Below, piece after piece: positions 36,803 through 47,381 of a DNA stretch of 64,000 bases. Position 1 is the first letter of the stretch. The number at the start of each line of letters is the position of its first letter. Below the pieces are notes generated by a model. The model was given only the letters and a program-made list of their open reading frames with translations. It was not told where the DNA came from and ran no database searches. A program made the position numbers and the translations under genes. This DNA comes from Spirosomataceae bacterium (GTDB lineage Bacteria > Bacteroidota > Bacteroidia > Cytophagales > Spirosomataceae): contig JBDNFP010000193.1 of the NCBI GenBank assembly GCA_041689775.1, positions 744 to 64,743 on the forward strand, written 5' to 3'.

Positions 36803-38818
36803 ATGTGTACCAAAACAAGACTTTCCCTACTCCTTTCTTTTCTTATTCCCTCTACCATTTGGGGGGGAATCATGGTTGAATTCCCCGGTAAACACACCGT
36901 TTTTCAGCGAAATCAGGCGAATGAGGGTCAAATTCCGGTGGGTGGAATCTGTACTTTCCCTTACCAGAAAATAGAGGCACGGCTGGTATCCATACCTCAA
37001 AACGAAGGTAATTCCGGCCCCTGGACTTCCCTAAACGTACCTGCCAGGAAAGGTGTTTTCTATGGGGTACTGACCGCCAAAGGGGGTTGGTACCAGCTGC
37101 AACTCCGGGGTATCAAGGAGGGCGAAGAAGCTGATACAACCTCCGTTTTTCCGATAGGGGTTGGAGAAGTATTTTTGGTAGCCGGGCATTCTAACGCGAT
37201 GGGACTACCCGATTTGGGAGCAAAAGGAGGATCAAATCAGGTTGTCTCGTTTAACGCGCTTAATAAGATACTCAACGTCGAAAATATTACCGTGGCACCA
37301 AACGCACCCATGCCTTCCCCTACTTTCTCTCCGTTTGATGCCAAAAATTTCGCCTTTCCTTCCGGAGAATCTGCCTGGTACTGGAGCGAGCTTGGTCAAC
37401 TAATTTCGGATCGATTAAAAGTACCCGTCCTATTTATGAATGCCGGATGGGCGGCGGCTAATTCAGTTAACTGGCGGGAGGCTGCTCAGGGTAGTAATAC
37501 ACTCAATATCTACGTAGGAAAAAACTGGCCGAACCGCCAGCCCTACTCCAATCTGATTAATACGCTACGGTATTATCATTCCTGGCTCGGTATAAGAGGT
37601 GTACTTTGGTTTCACGGAGAAAATGACGCCGGACACCTGAAAATAGCTCAGCAGGATTACTACGCTAATATTCGGTACGTCATCGAAAAATCTATGGCTG
37701 ATTTTGGGCACCCATTGACCTGGATCATCGGACAATGTACCTATAACAATAGTAACCCAGAACCGTACCTTCCAGTTTTGAACGCCCAGGCACAACTGAT
37801 CACTACTCCCGGACTGATGGCCTGGGGAGGGCCCTACACCGATACCATACAAGTACCACGTCCGTCCCACGGTCATTTTGAAAATATTCCGGGGGGTATT
37901 CCGGGGCTTTCCCAGATGGCCCAAGCCTGGAACCGATCACTTCCGGATGCCTTCTTTGCCCAACGCCCCGCCCACACATCCGGCTCTTCCATTATGAGTG
38001 GTGTAGTACCGCGGGAAGCTTCGCCCGGCCACCAATTCCTGCTTCCCTATCGAGTCATAGGCTCTCTGCCCGCTACCAGCAAAATGGAGGCTCACTTACT
38101 GGATCAGCAGGGACAATTTATAGCGATCGTCGGGAACGGTTCCCAAAACCCACTGCGCGTTAGCTTACCTCCTACGCTCGTCGAAGGAAATTATTCGGTC
38201 CGGGTGATAGCCCAAGATCCGGTTTTGGTGGGTAGTGTATCTTCATCTTTCGTGGTAAGAAAAGGCCTTTCGGCACCACAGCCTATCCGCTCGCTGGAAA
38301 TGCAGGTACTGGAAAATCAAACCTTGCTCCATACCTTGCTGGCGGCTGACCCGGAAAATCTGCGTATTACCTTGGAGCGAAGTGACGATTTAATAGAGTT
38401 ACAGGCCGTTGAAACCGTACAAATAGCCAGTAGTAGTCAGTCAGGCCTGTTTACACTGACTGATACACAGCCGTCCGACCAAAGTACTTATTACCGAATC
38501 AGACTAGATCAACGATCCGGAGGAACTCAGTATTCCCAATGGATTGCTACTTTCAGAGGGAATGCACCGCTGGTATTTTCTACCTTCCCCAATCCTGTAT
38601 CGGTTGGTCAGCCAATCTATATCCGAACTGACCCAGCCCAACTGCTAAATTTTCAGCTGTTCAATGCCACTGGACAACCCATTCAAGCAAGCTTATCGGA
38701 GAGTGATATTATTGGTCTTTCGGCGATTTATCCCTTCCAACCACTGGAACCCGGCGTGTACCTATTACAGATCACAACTCCCTCGGGTGGCAGTAGCCAA
38801 CGAATCATGGTGCGGTAG
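36803..38818 (+). CDS. Secreted sialate-O-acetylesterase-like (SGNH/DUF303) protein with a T9SS type A C-terminal sorting domain.
   Basis: Motifs GHSNAMG and WFHGENDA. The C-terminal ~80 aa read FPNPVS...LFNATGQPI...GVYLLQI.... Confidence 0.7.
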   Translation: MCTKTRLSLLLSFLIPSTIWGGIMVEFPGKHTVFQRNQANEGQIPVGGICTFPYQKIEARLVSIPQNEGNSGPWTSLNVPARKGVFYGVLTAKGGWYQLQLRGIKEGEEADTTSVFPIGVGEVFLVAGHSNAMGLPDLGAKGGSNQVVSFNALNKILNVENITVAPNAPMPSPTFSPFDAKNFAFPSGESAWYWSELGQLISDRLKVPVLFMNAGWAAANSVNWREAAQGSNTLNIYVGKNWPNRQPYSNLINTLRYYHSWLGIRGVLWFHGENDAGHLKIAQQDYYANIRYVIEKSMADFGHPLTWIIGQCTYNNSNPEPYLPVLNAQAQLITTPGLMAWGGPYTDTIQVPRPSHGHFENIPGGIPGLSQMAQAWNRSLPDAFFAQRPAHTSGSSIMSGVVPREASPGHQFLLPYRVIGSLPATSKMEAHLLDQQGQFIAIVGNGSQNPLRVSLPPTLVEGNYSVRVIAQDPVLVGSVSSSFVVRKGLSAPQPIRSLEMQVLENQTLLHTLLAADPENLRITLERSDDLIELQAVETVQIASSSQSGLFTLTDTQPSDQSTYYRIRLDQRSGGTQYSQWIATFRGNAPLVFSTFPNPVSVGQPIYIRTDPAQLLNFQLFNATGQPIQASLSESDIIGLSAIYPFQPLEPGVYLLQITTPSGGSSQRIMVR

Positions 38819-39007
38819 CGGGGGGCATACCACAAAAAAGAGCCGACAATCGCCGACTCTTAGCATTATTTTAATATAATAGGACTTGTAAGTTTCAGGA
38901 ATTAGGTCATTATGTATTAGGATTCATTCAGCTGTAAATCAGAGCTTTATGTTGTATGGATAATATAAGACCTGATGGCTAACAATCTAACACCTACTTA
39001 CCTAAGA

Positions 39008-39832
39008 TTATACCTTTCCCAGCACGTACATTTCTTCCATGGTCGGGGTTGGACTTCCACCCTCTTTTTCCAGCGTAATGGCAAAAGCTACTGAATTCGG
39101 GTTAGTAGCCTTCATGCGAAGTACCTTACCGGCGAAGTCCTGATCAAGCATCCCCATATCAACGGGGGCACCCTCTACGATACTCCACAGCTGATACTGT
39201 TTACCGGTAGGAGCAGCCGGAAGGCTTTGTACATCCAATAATACCTCATTGGTTTGCTGATTCCAAAGTGCAACCACCGAGCTTTCCGCTGATTTTTCGA
39301 GCCCCGGCATCCTGATCACCTTAAAGTTAGGGTCACGATACATGGAGGCCAAAGTTTCGGAATATTTCGCGGTTTCTTGGAGATTACTCATTTCAATAGC
39401 CAACTGTTCATTCTTTTGCCGAGTTTCGGATAGCTGCAAAGCTGCCCAACCACCAAAAATAGCAAGTAGTATGGAGGCAGCCACGGCTATTCTACTCCAC
39501 AAAGGACGCACTACCGAGACAGTTTGACCAAACGGAATCTGTGCTCCGCCCTGTGCAGTTTCATCCTCAACCTGTTCTTCCAAGTCCTGCGATTCGGCAA
39601 CGGGTTCGTCAAAGTTCATTTGGGCAAAAATATCCGCTTTTAGTCGGGCGGGGGGAGTCCGTTGGTGCTCCATGGCATAACTTTCCAAAGAGGCCTCGAC
39701 ACGGCTCAATTCCGCCTTTATTTCTGGATATATTTTGGACAGGCGTTCCACTTCCTGTTTCTCTTGAGGAGAAACTACGCCCAGAACGTATTCATCTAAT
39801 ATGCCTGACTCTATGTAGGCTTGGGTATTCAT
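39008..39832 (-). CDS. Anti-sigma factor (RskA-like; zinc-finger-less N-terminus, one TM, periplasmic domain).
   Basis: Its ATG overlaps the sigma-factor TGA as ATGA (39829-39832). Single central TM segment IAVAASILLAIFGGWAAL. Confidence 0.7.
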   Translation of the reverse strand: MNTQAYIESGILDEYVLGVVSPQEKQEVERLSKIYPEIKAELSRVEASLESYAMEHQRTPPARLKADIFAQMNFDEPVAESQDLEEQVEDETAQGGAQIPFGQTVSVVRPLWSRIAVAASILLAIFGGWAALQLSETRQKNEQLAIEMSNLQETAKYSETLASMYRDPNFKVIRMPGLEKSAESSVVALWNQQTNEVLLDVQSLPAAPTGKQYQLWSIVEGAPVDMGMLDQDFAGKVLRMKATNPNSVAFAITLEKEGGSPTPTMEEMYVLGKV

Positions 39833-40374
39833 ATATTATAGTAAAGTTTAAGATCCTGCAACGCGGTCCGAATGCGTGATTTAACTGTCCCTAGAGGAAT
39901 GTCAAGTTTTTTGGATACTTCTTCCTGCGTGTAGCCTTGGAAGTAAACCATATCAACGAGTACTTTCCTCTCAGGCCTTAGTGTGTCCACTAAGGCCTTC
40001 AGATCTAACGTAGAGGTGGAGGGTTGGTACGAAGCATTTATCTCAGTGCGGTCGAGATTCTCCGAGATATCATCCATTCCAGGCTTTCTGCCTTCCGATC
40101 TCACTGCATCAATCGCACTGTTTCGTGCGATGTTGAGCATCCAGGTAAACAGTCGGCCCTTGGCCGGGTCATAGGATTTTATACTCTTCCATATTTTCAG
40201 GAAAGCGTCTTGCATAACGTCTTCCGCTTTCTCATCGTCTCGTAAGACCTTACAGATTACACTGAACAGAGCTCCGGAATAACGATCATACAGGTATTCA
40301 AACGCTGCACGATCATTCTGTTTCAGCGATTCTACCAGGTCTTCTTCCGAATAGTTAGGTTTTTGGGTCGCCAA
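39829..40374 (-). CDS. ECF-type RNA polymerase sigma-70 factor.
   Basis: Region 2 (DVMQDAFLKIW) and region 4 (QEEVSKKLDIPLGTVKSRI). TTG start. Confidence 0.85.
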   Translation of the reverse strand: MATQKPNYSEEDLVESLKQNDRAAFEYLYDRYSGALFSVICKVLRDDEKAEDVMQDAFLKIWKSIKSYDPAKGRLFTWMLNIARNSAIDAVRSEGRKPGMDDISENLDRTEINASYQPSTSTLDLKALVDTLRPERKVLVDMVYFQGYTQEEVSKKLDIPLGTVKSRIRTALQDLKLYYNI

Positions 40375-40913
40375 GGGGTATAAATGTTTTTTTCAAGAGG
40401 GGGGCAATCTAATCATTTTTTTGGGAGGATTTATCCTTCCAAAAGCATTTTCTCCTGATCGGTTTATGCATGATTCAGAATAAATATACCTACACCAGAT
40501 CAGTAAAGCGGCAAGCTATGCCCGTAGAACACTAACCTTGATTTCTGCTTCGTACAGATAATAATTTATGTAAATGATTATCAGGTATGGTTCTTTTCAC
40601 GGAATTTTACAGAAAGCCAATTTCGGGACCTGATAATACTTTTCCTTTTTTCTTACCACCTGAGTGGGCATATCGTTTATTCGTTGGCTCTGAGTGGACT
40701 GCGCTTCACATTCTACCCTGTTTCTATGATTACATACGTAATACAAACATCTTTAGATTATACAATCTTACATAATTTTTCAAACCCTGGTAGTATTTAT
40801 TGGCGCGGGCTACTACTTCCCATTGATACGGCTATTGTAAATTTGGACATGTAACTAGCTTTATCCAAAAAAGAGTTTACCTTGTATTCCGAATAATTAC
40901 CTAAACTAATCCT

Positions 40914-42203
40914 ATGAAAAAATATTCTTTGGCACTTAGTCTATTGCTCGCACTTTCCTGTCTGAGCGAGGCTATTGCGCAACGTACTATCATTTATTGT
41001 GGTAATCTCCTCGACGTAAAAAAAGGCGAGATGCAGCAACAAATGACCGTCATCGTCGCAAAAAACAAGATTACCGCCGTCGAAAAAGGTTACGCCAGCG
41101 CCACGAGTAACGACAAGGTAGTTGACCTCAAAAACAGCTACGTACTGCCCGGCCTCATCGATATGCACGTACACATCGAAAACGAAACCCGCCGGGGTGG
41201 TTCTTATGATCGTTTTGTGCAAAACCCGCCCGACGTCGCTTTTCAGGCGGCCCACTACGCCAAAATAACGCTAATGGCTGGTTTCACTACCGTTCGTGAC
41301 TTAGGTGGCACGGGAGTGAACATAGCCCTGCGCAATGCCATCAATAAGGGTATTACAGATGGCCCCCGCATTTTTACGGCGGGCAAATCTATCGCCACCA
41401 CCGGTGGCCACGCCGACCCAACCAATGGCTACAGTAAAGACCTGATGGGCGATCCCGGTCCGTTAGAAGGAGTGATAAATGGTGTTGATGATGCGCGTAA
41501 GGCCGTTCGGCAGCGCTATAAGGATGGTTCTGACGTAATCAAGATTACCGCCACCGGAGGGGTACTGTCCAACGCCAAAGACGGGCAAGGACCTCAGTTT
41601 ACCGAAGAAGAAGTACGCGCAATTGTGGAGACAGCCAAAGATTATGGCTTCCATGTAGCTGCCCACGCGCACGGTGCCGAGGGCCTCAACCGCGCCATTC
41701 GGGGAGGAGTACAAACCATCGAACACGGCACCCTCATGGATGATGAATCCATCGAGCTTTTCAAAAAGTACGGTACTTACTACGTTCCAACGCTCATCGC
41801 CGGACGTACGGCCGCCGATTCGGCCCGCATTATGGGGTACTACCCCCCACTTGTCACTCCGAAAGCCTTAGCCATTGGCCCCAAGTTACAGGCCACCTTT
41901 GCCAAGGCCTACAAGGCCGGCGTAAATATTGCTTTTGGTACCGACGCCGGAGTATACCCACATGGCTATAATGCCAAGGAGTTTGAGTACATGGTAGAAG
42001 GTGGTATGCCAGCCATTGAAGCGATTCAGGCCGCTACCGTTACCAACGCGAAGCTTCTTGACATGAGTGATTCCATTGGTAGCATCGAGGTCAACAAGTT
42101 TGCTGATATTATTGCGGTAGACGCTAATCCTTTGCAGAATGTTAAAACGTTGCAGAACGTGACCTTTGTCATGAAAGACGGTACCGTATACAAGACTAAG
42201 TAG
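40914..42203 (+). CDS. Secreted amidohydrolase-family metallo-hydrolase.
   Basis: Signal peptide. Motifs GLIDMHVHI (HxH), AHAHG, IEHG and FGTDAG. Confidence 0.8.
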   Translation: MKKYSLALSLLLALSCLSEAIAQRTIIYCGNLLDVKKGEMQQQMTVIVAKNKITAVEKGYASATSNDKVVDLKNSYVLPGLIDMHVHIENETRRGGSYDRFVQNPPDVAFQAAHYAKITLMAGFTTVRDLGGTGVNIALRNAINKGITDGPRIFTAGKSIATTGGHADPTNGYSKDLMGDPGPLEGVINGVDDARKAVRQRYKDGSDVIKITATGGVLSNAKDGQGPQFTEEEVRAIVETAKDYGFHVAAHAHGAEGLNRAIRGGVQTIEHGTLMDDESIELFKKYGTYYVPTLIAGRTAADSARIMGYYPPLVTPKALAIGPKLQATFAKAYKAGVNIAFGTDAGVYPHGYNAKEFEYMVEGGMPAIEAIQAATVTNAKLLDMSDSIGSIEVNKFADIIAVDANPLQNVKTLQNVTFVMKDGTVYKTK

Positions 42204-42361
42204 GGCGTGTTTCCTCTTGAAGGGGGTTTGGGGTTCGTGGAATTACTTCTACGAACCCTTTTTTGGCTAATTACCTGAGACCGTTGCAACATTCCGGACC
42301 TAACTCTTTAATTTAGCGGAGCATATTCCTAAACAACGTCCCTTAATACCCCTACTAAGTT

Positions 42362-43681
42362 ATGGTCAAAGGCATCGGTAATTACCGTTGGCGGATCGTA
42401 ATGCTACTTCTTGTAGCCACGACCATCAATTATATTGATCGAAATGTGCTATCATTCTCGATGATAGACGAAGATTTTAAGCGTGAAATGATCGGATTGC
42501 CCCCCGGCGTTGCCATCACGGATGCTGATAATGCGCATTATAAAGAATGGATGGGCTACGTGGATTCTGCTTTCAAATGGGCCTATGCGTTAGGCTATAT
42601 TTTTACGGGCTGGCTCATTGATCGCATCGGTACTCGTCGCGGGTACGCTATTTCTATTTTCTTATGGAGTACCGCCGGAGTGCTCAACGCATTCGTTGGC
42701 TCGGTTCGTAGCCTCAGCCTGACCCGCTTTATGCTGGGTTTGGGAGAAGCTGGCAACTTTCCGGCCGCCGTTAAGACCGTAGCTGAATGGTTTCCAAAAC
42801 GAGAACGCTCCTTTGCGAATGGCATTTTCAACGCCGGGGCTAACATCGGAATCATCCTGACGGCCCTCACGATCCCCTACCTTACCCTGAACTATGGATG
42901 GCGGTTATCCTTCATCATTACCGGACTTCTCGGATTTCTGCTACTTATTTTATGGTGGTTTACCTACCAACGTCCCCATAACCACTCCAAAGTTTCCGCC
43001 TCTGAGCTTGCGTATATCCACAGTGATCAGGATGTAATCCGGGGGCAGGAGGTACCCTGGGAAAAACTCCTCACCTACCGCGAGACCTGGGCTTTTGCCA
43101 TAGGAAAATTCCTGACCGATCCGGTGTGGTGGTTTTATCTTACCTGGCTACCTGACTTTTTCAATAGTCATCAGGCCCTTAACCAAAAGTTAGACCTTAA
43201 AACCATTGGACTACCTTTTCTAATCATCTATCTGGTATCCGACGCCGGCAGCGTTTTCTTTGGCTGGTTGTCATCTCAATTGGTTAAAACCGGGTGGAGT
43301 ATCAACCGGGCGCGAAAATCGACCATGGCATTGTGTGCATTTTGTATCCTGCCTATTTTTCTAGCCTCAACCACCAATAGTCTCTACGTAGCCGTAGCCC
43401 TCATCGCCATTGCCACGGCGGGGCATCAGGGCTGGTCTGCTAATCTGTACACGTTTGCTTCTGACCTATTCCCCCGCAAGGCGGTAGCTTCCGTCACGGG
43501 TATCGGCGGTACGATGGGGGCCATTGGTGGAGCTATATTTGCGGCTTTTTCCGGACTGATTATTGGCCGGGTGGGGTACGTTCCCATTTTTATTTTCGCC
43601 AGTGTTGTCTACGCAGTAGCCCTTGTCCTTATTCATACGCTTACACCGGAAATGAAGCCGGTCGAAGTGCAGGAAATTTGA
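42362..43681 (+). CDS. MFS transporter (hexuronate/ACS-type).
   Basis: 12 TM segments. Motifs GWLIDRIGTRRG and FMLGLGEAGNFPA. Confidence 0.75.
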   Translation: MVKGIGNYRWRIVMLLLVATTINYIDRNVLSFSMIDEDFKREMIGLPPGVAITDADNAHYKEWMGYVDSAFKWAYALGYIFTGWLIDRIGTRRGYAISIFLWSTAGVLNAFVGSVRSLSLTRFMLGLGEAGNFPAAVKTVAEWFPKRERSFANGIFNAGANIGIILTALTIPYLTLNYGWRLSFIITGLLGFLLLILWWFTYQRPHNHSKVSASELAYIHSDQDVIRGQEVPWEKLLTYRETWAFAIGKFLTDPVWWFYLTWLPDFFNSHQALNQKLDLKTIGLPFLIIYLVSDAGSVFFGWLSSQLVKTGWSINRARKSTMALCAFCILPIFLASTTNSLYVAVALIAIATAGHQGWSANLYTFASDLFPRKAVASVTGIGGTMGAIGGAIFAAFSGLIIGRVGYVPIFIFASVVYAVALVLIHTLTPEMKPVEVQEI

Positions 43682-44280
43682 AGTCTGGCTGAAAGTTTTT
43701 CGGATTCATGGAAATAACCAGCTAACCCCAATTTGTAAATAGGACTTGATTCTCGCACGGCGAGAAAAATAACATCATCACCTTTCTATGAAAAAATATA
43801 TTCCGCAGATTTTCACAGTTTTATTGGGTTCTCCTCATTTGATTTTTACTTCAATAAATAATGGAGCAAGGGATTTAATTGAGGACTGGCCAATGACTAT
43901 TTTGGGCTTCTTAGTAGCGATTGGCCTCGGTTAAGTTCTAACGCAGAATTAGTTTGCACTATTAATTTGGCTAAATTCATCGCTAATGTTCTATTTATCA
44001 AATACTTAAAAAAAGCTGACGGCCGGGCGGTGTTCCGCTACAAACTAATAGCTGTTAGCTACTTACCTAGCTTTTAGAAGAGCGCTTTTTAAAATATTTT
44101 ATAAGAATGAATAAGAAACCGGTTTACCTCAATTCGTAATTGGAAGTTGATTCTGATTGCGTTTTAAGCGTAAAATCGAACCCGTCACCAATTACGAATC
44201 GGGACGAGCGTTGATAGTTCAAAAGAGTATTTTCTCCACCAAACGTTCTTTACTTACTACATAAATCATTTACTACCATC

Positions 44281-45399
44281 ATGAACACTCGTCGAGACTT
44301 TCTTCATAAACTGGGTTTGGGCATAGGTTTTTCTACCCTAAGTGCAAACCTATTAGCGGCCACTAATGGTCAAAATCAAGCCACTGCCCCACCCACCCGC
44401 AAACTCAGGGTGGCCATTATGGGTTTGGGGAGCTACGGCACCCGAGTGGCCGCAGCCATGGAAACCTGCCAAATGGCTGAGTTGGTAGGTATCGTCACGG
44501 GTACTCCATCCAAAATACCCATTTGGCAGAGTAAGTACAATATCCCCGACAAGAATGTCTATAACTACGAAACAGTCGGTCAAATCAAGGACAACCCGGA
44601 TATTGATGTAGTATACGTCATTACCCCTAACTCCCTACACCGGAAACACGTCCTGCAAGTGGCAGCCGCGGGGAAGCACGTCATAAGCGAAAAGCCCGTG
44701 GGTGATAACTCCAAGCAGGCCCGTGAAATGATTGCCGCCTGCAAGAAGGCCGGCGTAAAGTTTTATGTAGGTTACCGTATGCACTTTGAGCCCCATACGC
44801 GTGAGATCATCCGGATGCGGGAAGCAGGTGAGTTTGGGGATATAATGTTTGTCGAGAACTCTTCTGGTTTTAAGATAGGTGATCCTACCCAATGGCGCCT
44901 CAAACACGCCTTGTCGGGTGGTGGTGCTCTGATGGACGTCGGGATTTACTGCATCAATGGCGCCCGGTACGCCACGGGCGAAGAACCGCTATGGGTAACG
45001 GCCCAAGAAGTAAAGACTGATCCGATTAAGTTTAAAGAGGTGGACGAAACCATGACGTTCCAGCTTGGTTTCCCAAGTGGGGCCATTGCCACCTGCTCTA
45101 CGACCTACAATTTCAACGGAAAAGGCAGCCTGCACCTGATTGGCAGTAAAGGCTTTGCCAAGCTAGACCCCGCCTTTGGCTACGGTCCGATTAAAGGAAG
45201 TACCCACATAGGACCGCTCGATCAGCCCGTGGTGACGCACCAAACCTACCAAATGGACGGTTTGGCAGATTGTATCCTGAATAATGTCCCGGATCCTAAT
45301 ATGACCGGTGTAGAGGCATTGAAAGACATGCTGGTCATTGATGCTATTTACGAATCAGTACGAAAAGGCGGGAAGAAAATTACCATCGGCAAGGTTTAA
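44281..45399 (+). CDS. Gfo/Idh/MocA-family oxidoreductase with a Tat signal.
   Basis: TRRDFLHKLGLG signal, Rossmann motif VAIMGLGSYG and EKP motif. Confidence 0.8.
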   Translation: MNTRRDFLHKLGLGIGFSTLSANLLAATNGQNQATAPPTRKLRVAIMGLGSYGTRVAAAMETCQMAELVGIVTGTPSKIPIWQSKYNIPDKNVYNYETVGQIKDNPDIDVVYVITPNSLHRKHVLQVAAAGKHVISEKPVGDNSKQAREMIAACKKAGVKFYVGYRMHFEPHTREIIRMREAGEFGDIMFVENSSGFKIGDPTQWRLKHALSGGGALMDVGIYCINGARYATGEEPLWVTAQEVKTDPIKFKEVDETMTFQLGFPSGAIATCSTTYNFNGKGSLHLIGSKGFAKLDPAFGYGPIKGSTHIGPLDQPVVTHQTYQMDGLADCILNNVPDPNMTGVEALKDMLVIDAIYESVRKGGKKITIGKV

Positions 45400-46128
45400 C
45401 TACCGTCGCAACTGTCCCACGCGCCAGTAGGTAAGTACCAGAAAAAAGGCCATTAGGCTGAGGAGATAGATGACGTTACGGATATCTACCAAACCTCGGC
45501 CTAATGCCTGATACTGCTGATCGAGGGCGGCGGCGGAGAAAAACAGCGCCAAATCTCCTGATCCTAGCAACTGTGAAAGTGCTCCGAAACCGCTGTACCA
45601 CGCAAAGCCCAGAAAAACTCCGATCACAAAGGCCACAATTTGATTTTCGTTGAGCGAAGACGCCCATAGGCCCATCGCGGTGAGGGCCCCGCTCAGTAAA
45701 AGCAGACCAATATACGAGCCAAAAACGGCGGCGGAGTCTACGTTTCCCGGAGGGTTTCCTAACCAGTATACGCTGACGTAATACAACAACGTTGGCGAAA
45801 GCATCAGGGCTACCAACAGCCAGTTGGCCAGAAATTTGCCTACCACCAGTGCACCGTCACTCAGGGGCTTCGTCAGTAGAAGTTCGAGGGTACCCGTCCG
45901 GATTTCTTCCGCCAGCGAGCGCATCGTAATGGCCGGAATCAAAAACACCAACACAAAGGGAGTCAGGCTAAAAAAAGCACTCAGGTCGGCGTATCCATAA
46001 TCCAGTACATTGGAATCAGGAAATACCCACACAATAAGACCCACCGCCAACAAAAAAGCGGCAATGACGATGTAGGCGATTAAGGAATTAAAAAAACTAC
46101 TGACTTCTTTCTGGAAGATAGTAAACAC
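45400..46128 (-). CDS. gldF: Gliding-motility ABC transporter permease GldF.
   Basis: Close resemblance to my recollection of F. johnsoniae GldF (FFNSLIAYIVIAAFLL..., RSLAEEIRTGTLELLLTKP, NQIVAF). GTG start. Confidence 0.8.
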   Translation of the reverse strand: MFTIFQKEVSSFFNSLIAYIVIAAFLLAVGLIVWVFPDSNVLDYGYADLSAFFSLTPFVLVFLIPAITMRSLAEEIRTGTLELLLTKPLSDGALVVGKFLANWLLVALMLSPTLLYYVSVYWLGNPPGNVDSAAVFGSYIGLLLLSGALTAMGLWASSLNENQIVAFVIGVFLGFAWYSGFGALSQLLGSGDLALFFSAAALDQQYQALGRGLVDIRNVIYLLSLMAFFLVLTYWRVGQLRR

Positions 46129-46159
46129 AACCTACGGGAATAAGGTAAGGGAAAACGAA

Positions 46160-46675
46160 CTATTCGAACACGGGTTTATCCTTGCGCATGATAGCTGCTA
46201 TGATCAACGAAATGATGAAGCCGATAATTACATACGAAAGAACACCCATCGCAAACATAATGCCCGGCGTCATAAATTTTTCGGTCATTGACATCGCTTG
46301 GTCTATCTGCGCATCGTCCATACCTCGGGTTTCCATATCTTCCCGCGCTTTATCCATCGATTGCTTAATAATCGTATTATCAATGAATTCCAGGTAGAAC
46401 ATCGAGAACATTGAGCCGATAAGCCCCACTATCGCCGATATCAGCGAGCCAATACCCAGCCCTTGTCCGTACGACATAAAGGTATTATTCTGAGCACGGT
46501 AATCTTTCATGCCCAGCACTATGCCGACGATCAGAATAACGAAAGCCAGGGAAGTCAAGGCCCGGTTTTGGGTCATGCCGGTCACGTTAATTAATGTAGA
46601 ATAAACTATAACAGCAACAGCCGTAATAATTCCGTATTTGAGGGCAACGCGGGTGGTAGATACTTGTTCTTGCAT
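46160..46675 (-). CDS. DUF4199-like membrane protein.
   Basis: 171 aa with 4 TM segments, including KYGIITAVAVIVYS. Confidence 0.55.
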   Translation of the reverse strand: MQEQVSTTRVALKYGIITAVAVIVYSTLINVTGMTQNRALTSLAFVILIVGIVLGMKDYRAQNNTFMSYGQGLGIGSLISAIVGLIGSMFSMFYLEFIDNTIIKQSMDKAREDMETRGMDDAQIDQAMSMTEKFMTPGIMFAMGVLSYVIIGFIISLIIAAIMRKDKPVFE

Positions 46676-46760
46676 AATCAGATCGGGTTTATGGGAAAGT
46701 AGTTATTACTGTACAAAGTAAAAATAAACCTATAAGTACTTGATTGCAAAAGGAATAAAA

Positions 46761-47321
46761 TCAGGGTCTCAGCTGAGACTCGCTCGGGTTTTGCCTCCGT
46801 AAGATAAGCGAAATGATCAGAATAGGTAGCACCGCCATCACTGTTTTTTTACTTAACTCATCGGTTATTAATTCTTCCGGTTTGGTTTCCCCTATACTTT
46901 TGAGCATGACCTGATATTCAGCTTCACCGATATTTTTCACTAATTCGCCTTTACCCTGCACCAGTAATTGTTTCATTTCCACAAGATAAGCCGAAAAAAC
47001 AGTAGGGTCAACAAAAGTAATGAACAGGTAAATAAGCCAACCCGTGATGAAGGCAGCTACCGTATTAACTACGTAGCAGACCGTTAGCGCTTCCCAAAAG
47101 TGCATGTACCCATCGCCGATTTTCTTGCGGTAGTACCAGCAGGATGCCGCCATCATGATAATGAATATTCCGAGGTCCATCGACCGTTTGTTGCCCAAAG
47201 GCATCACATCCATTGAATACAATCCCAGAAAGAACAAAAAAGCCACGATACCCGTGGCGGCCCCGAATTGCATGGGGATTTTTAAGAGTGGTTTATTAAA
47301 ATATTCTATTAATTTATTCAT
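46761..47321 (-). CDS. DUF4199-like membrane protein (paralogue).
   Basis: Same topology as its neighbour. Start at the ATG at 47321 (MNKLIEYF). Confidence 0.5.
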   Translation of the reverse strand: MNKLIEYFNKPLLKIPMQFGAATGIVAFLFFLGLYSMDVMPLGNKRSMDLGIFIIMMAASCWYYRKKIGDGYMHFWEALTVCYVVNTVAAFITGWLIYLFITFVDPTVFSAYLVEMKQLLVQGKGELVKNIGEAEYQVMLKSIGETKPEELITDELSKKTVMAVLPILIISLILRRQNPSESQLRP

Positions 47322-47381
47322 GAAGAGTTCTACTGATTTAAAATATGAATGGGTCACGCATCGGTGAACCCTTACTACTAA

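Noticed and set aside
40587-40775. 62-aa ORF in the 540-bp spacer upstream of the amidohydrolase gene.
   Set aside because: It has no motif, odd composition and no coupling to neighbours, so it is probably non-coding promoter DNA.
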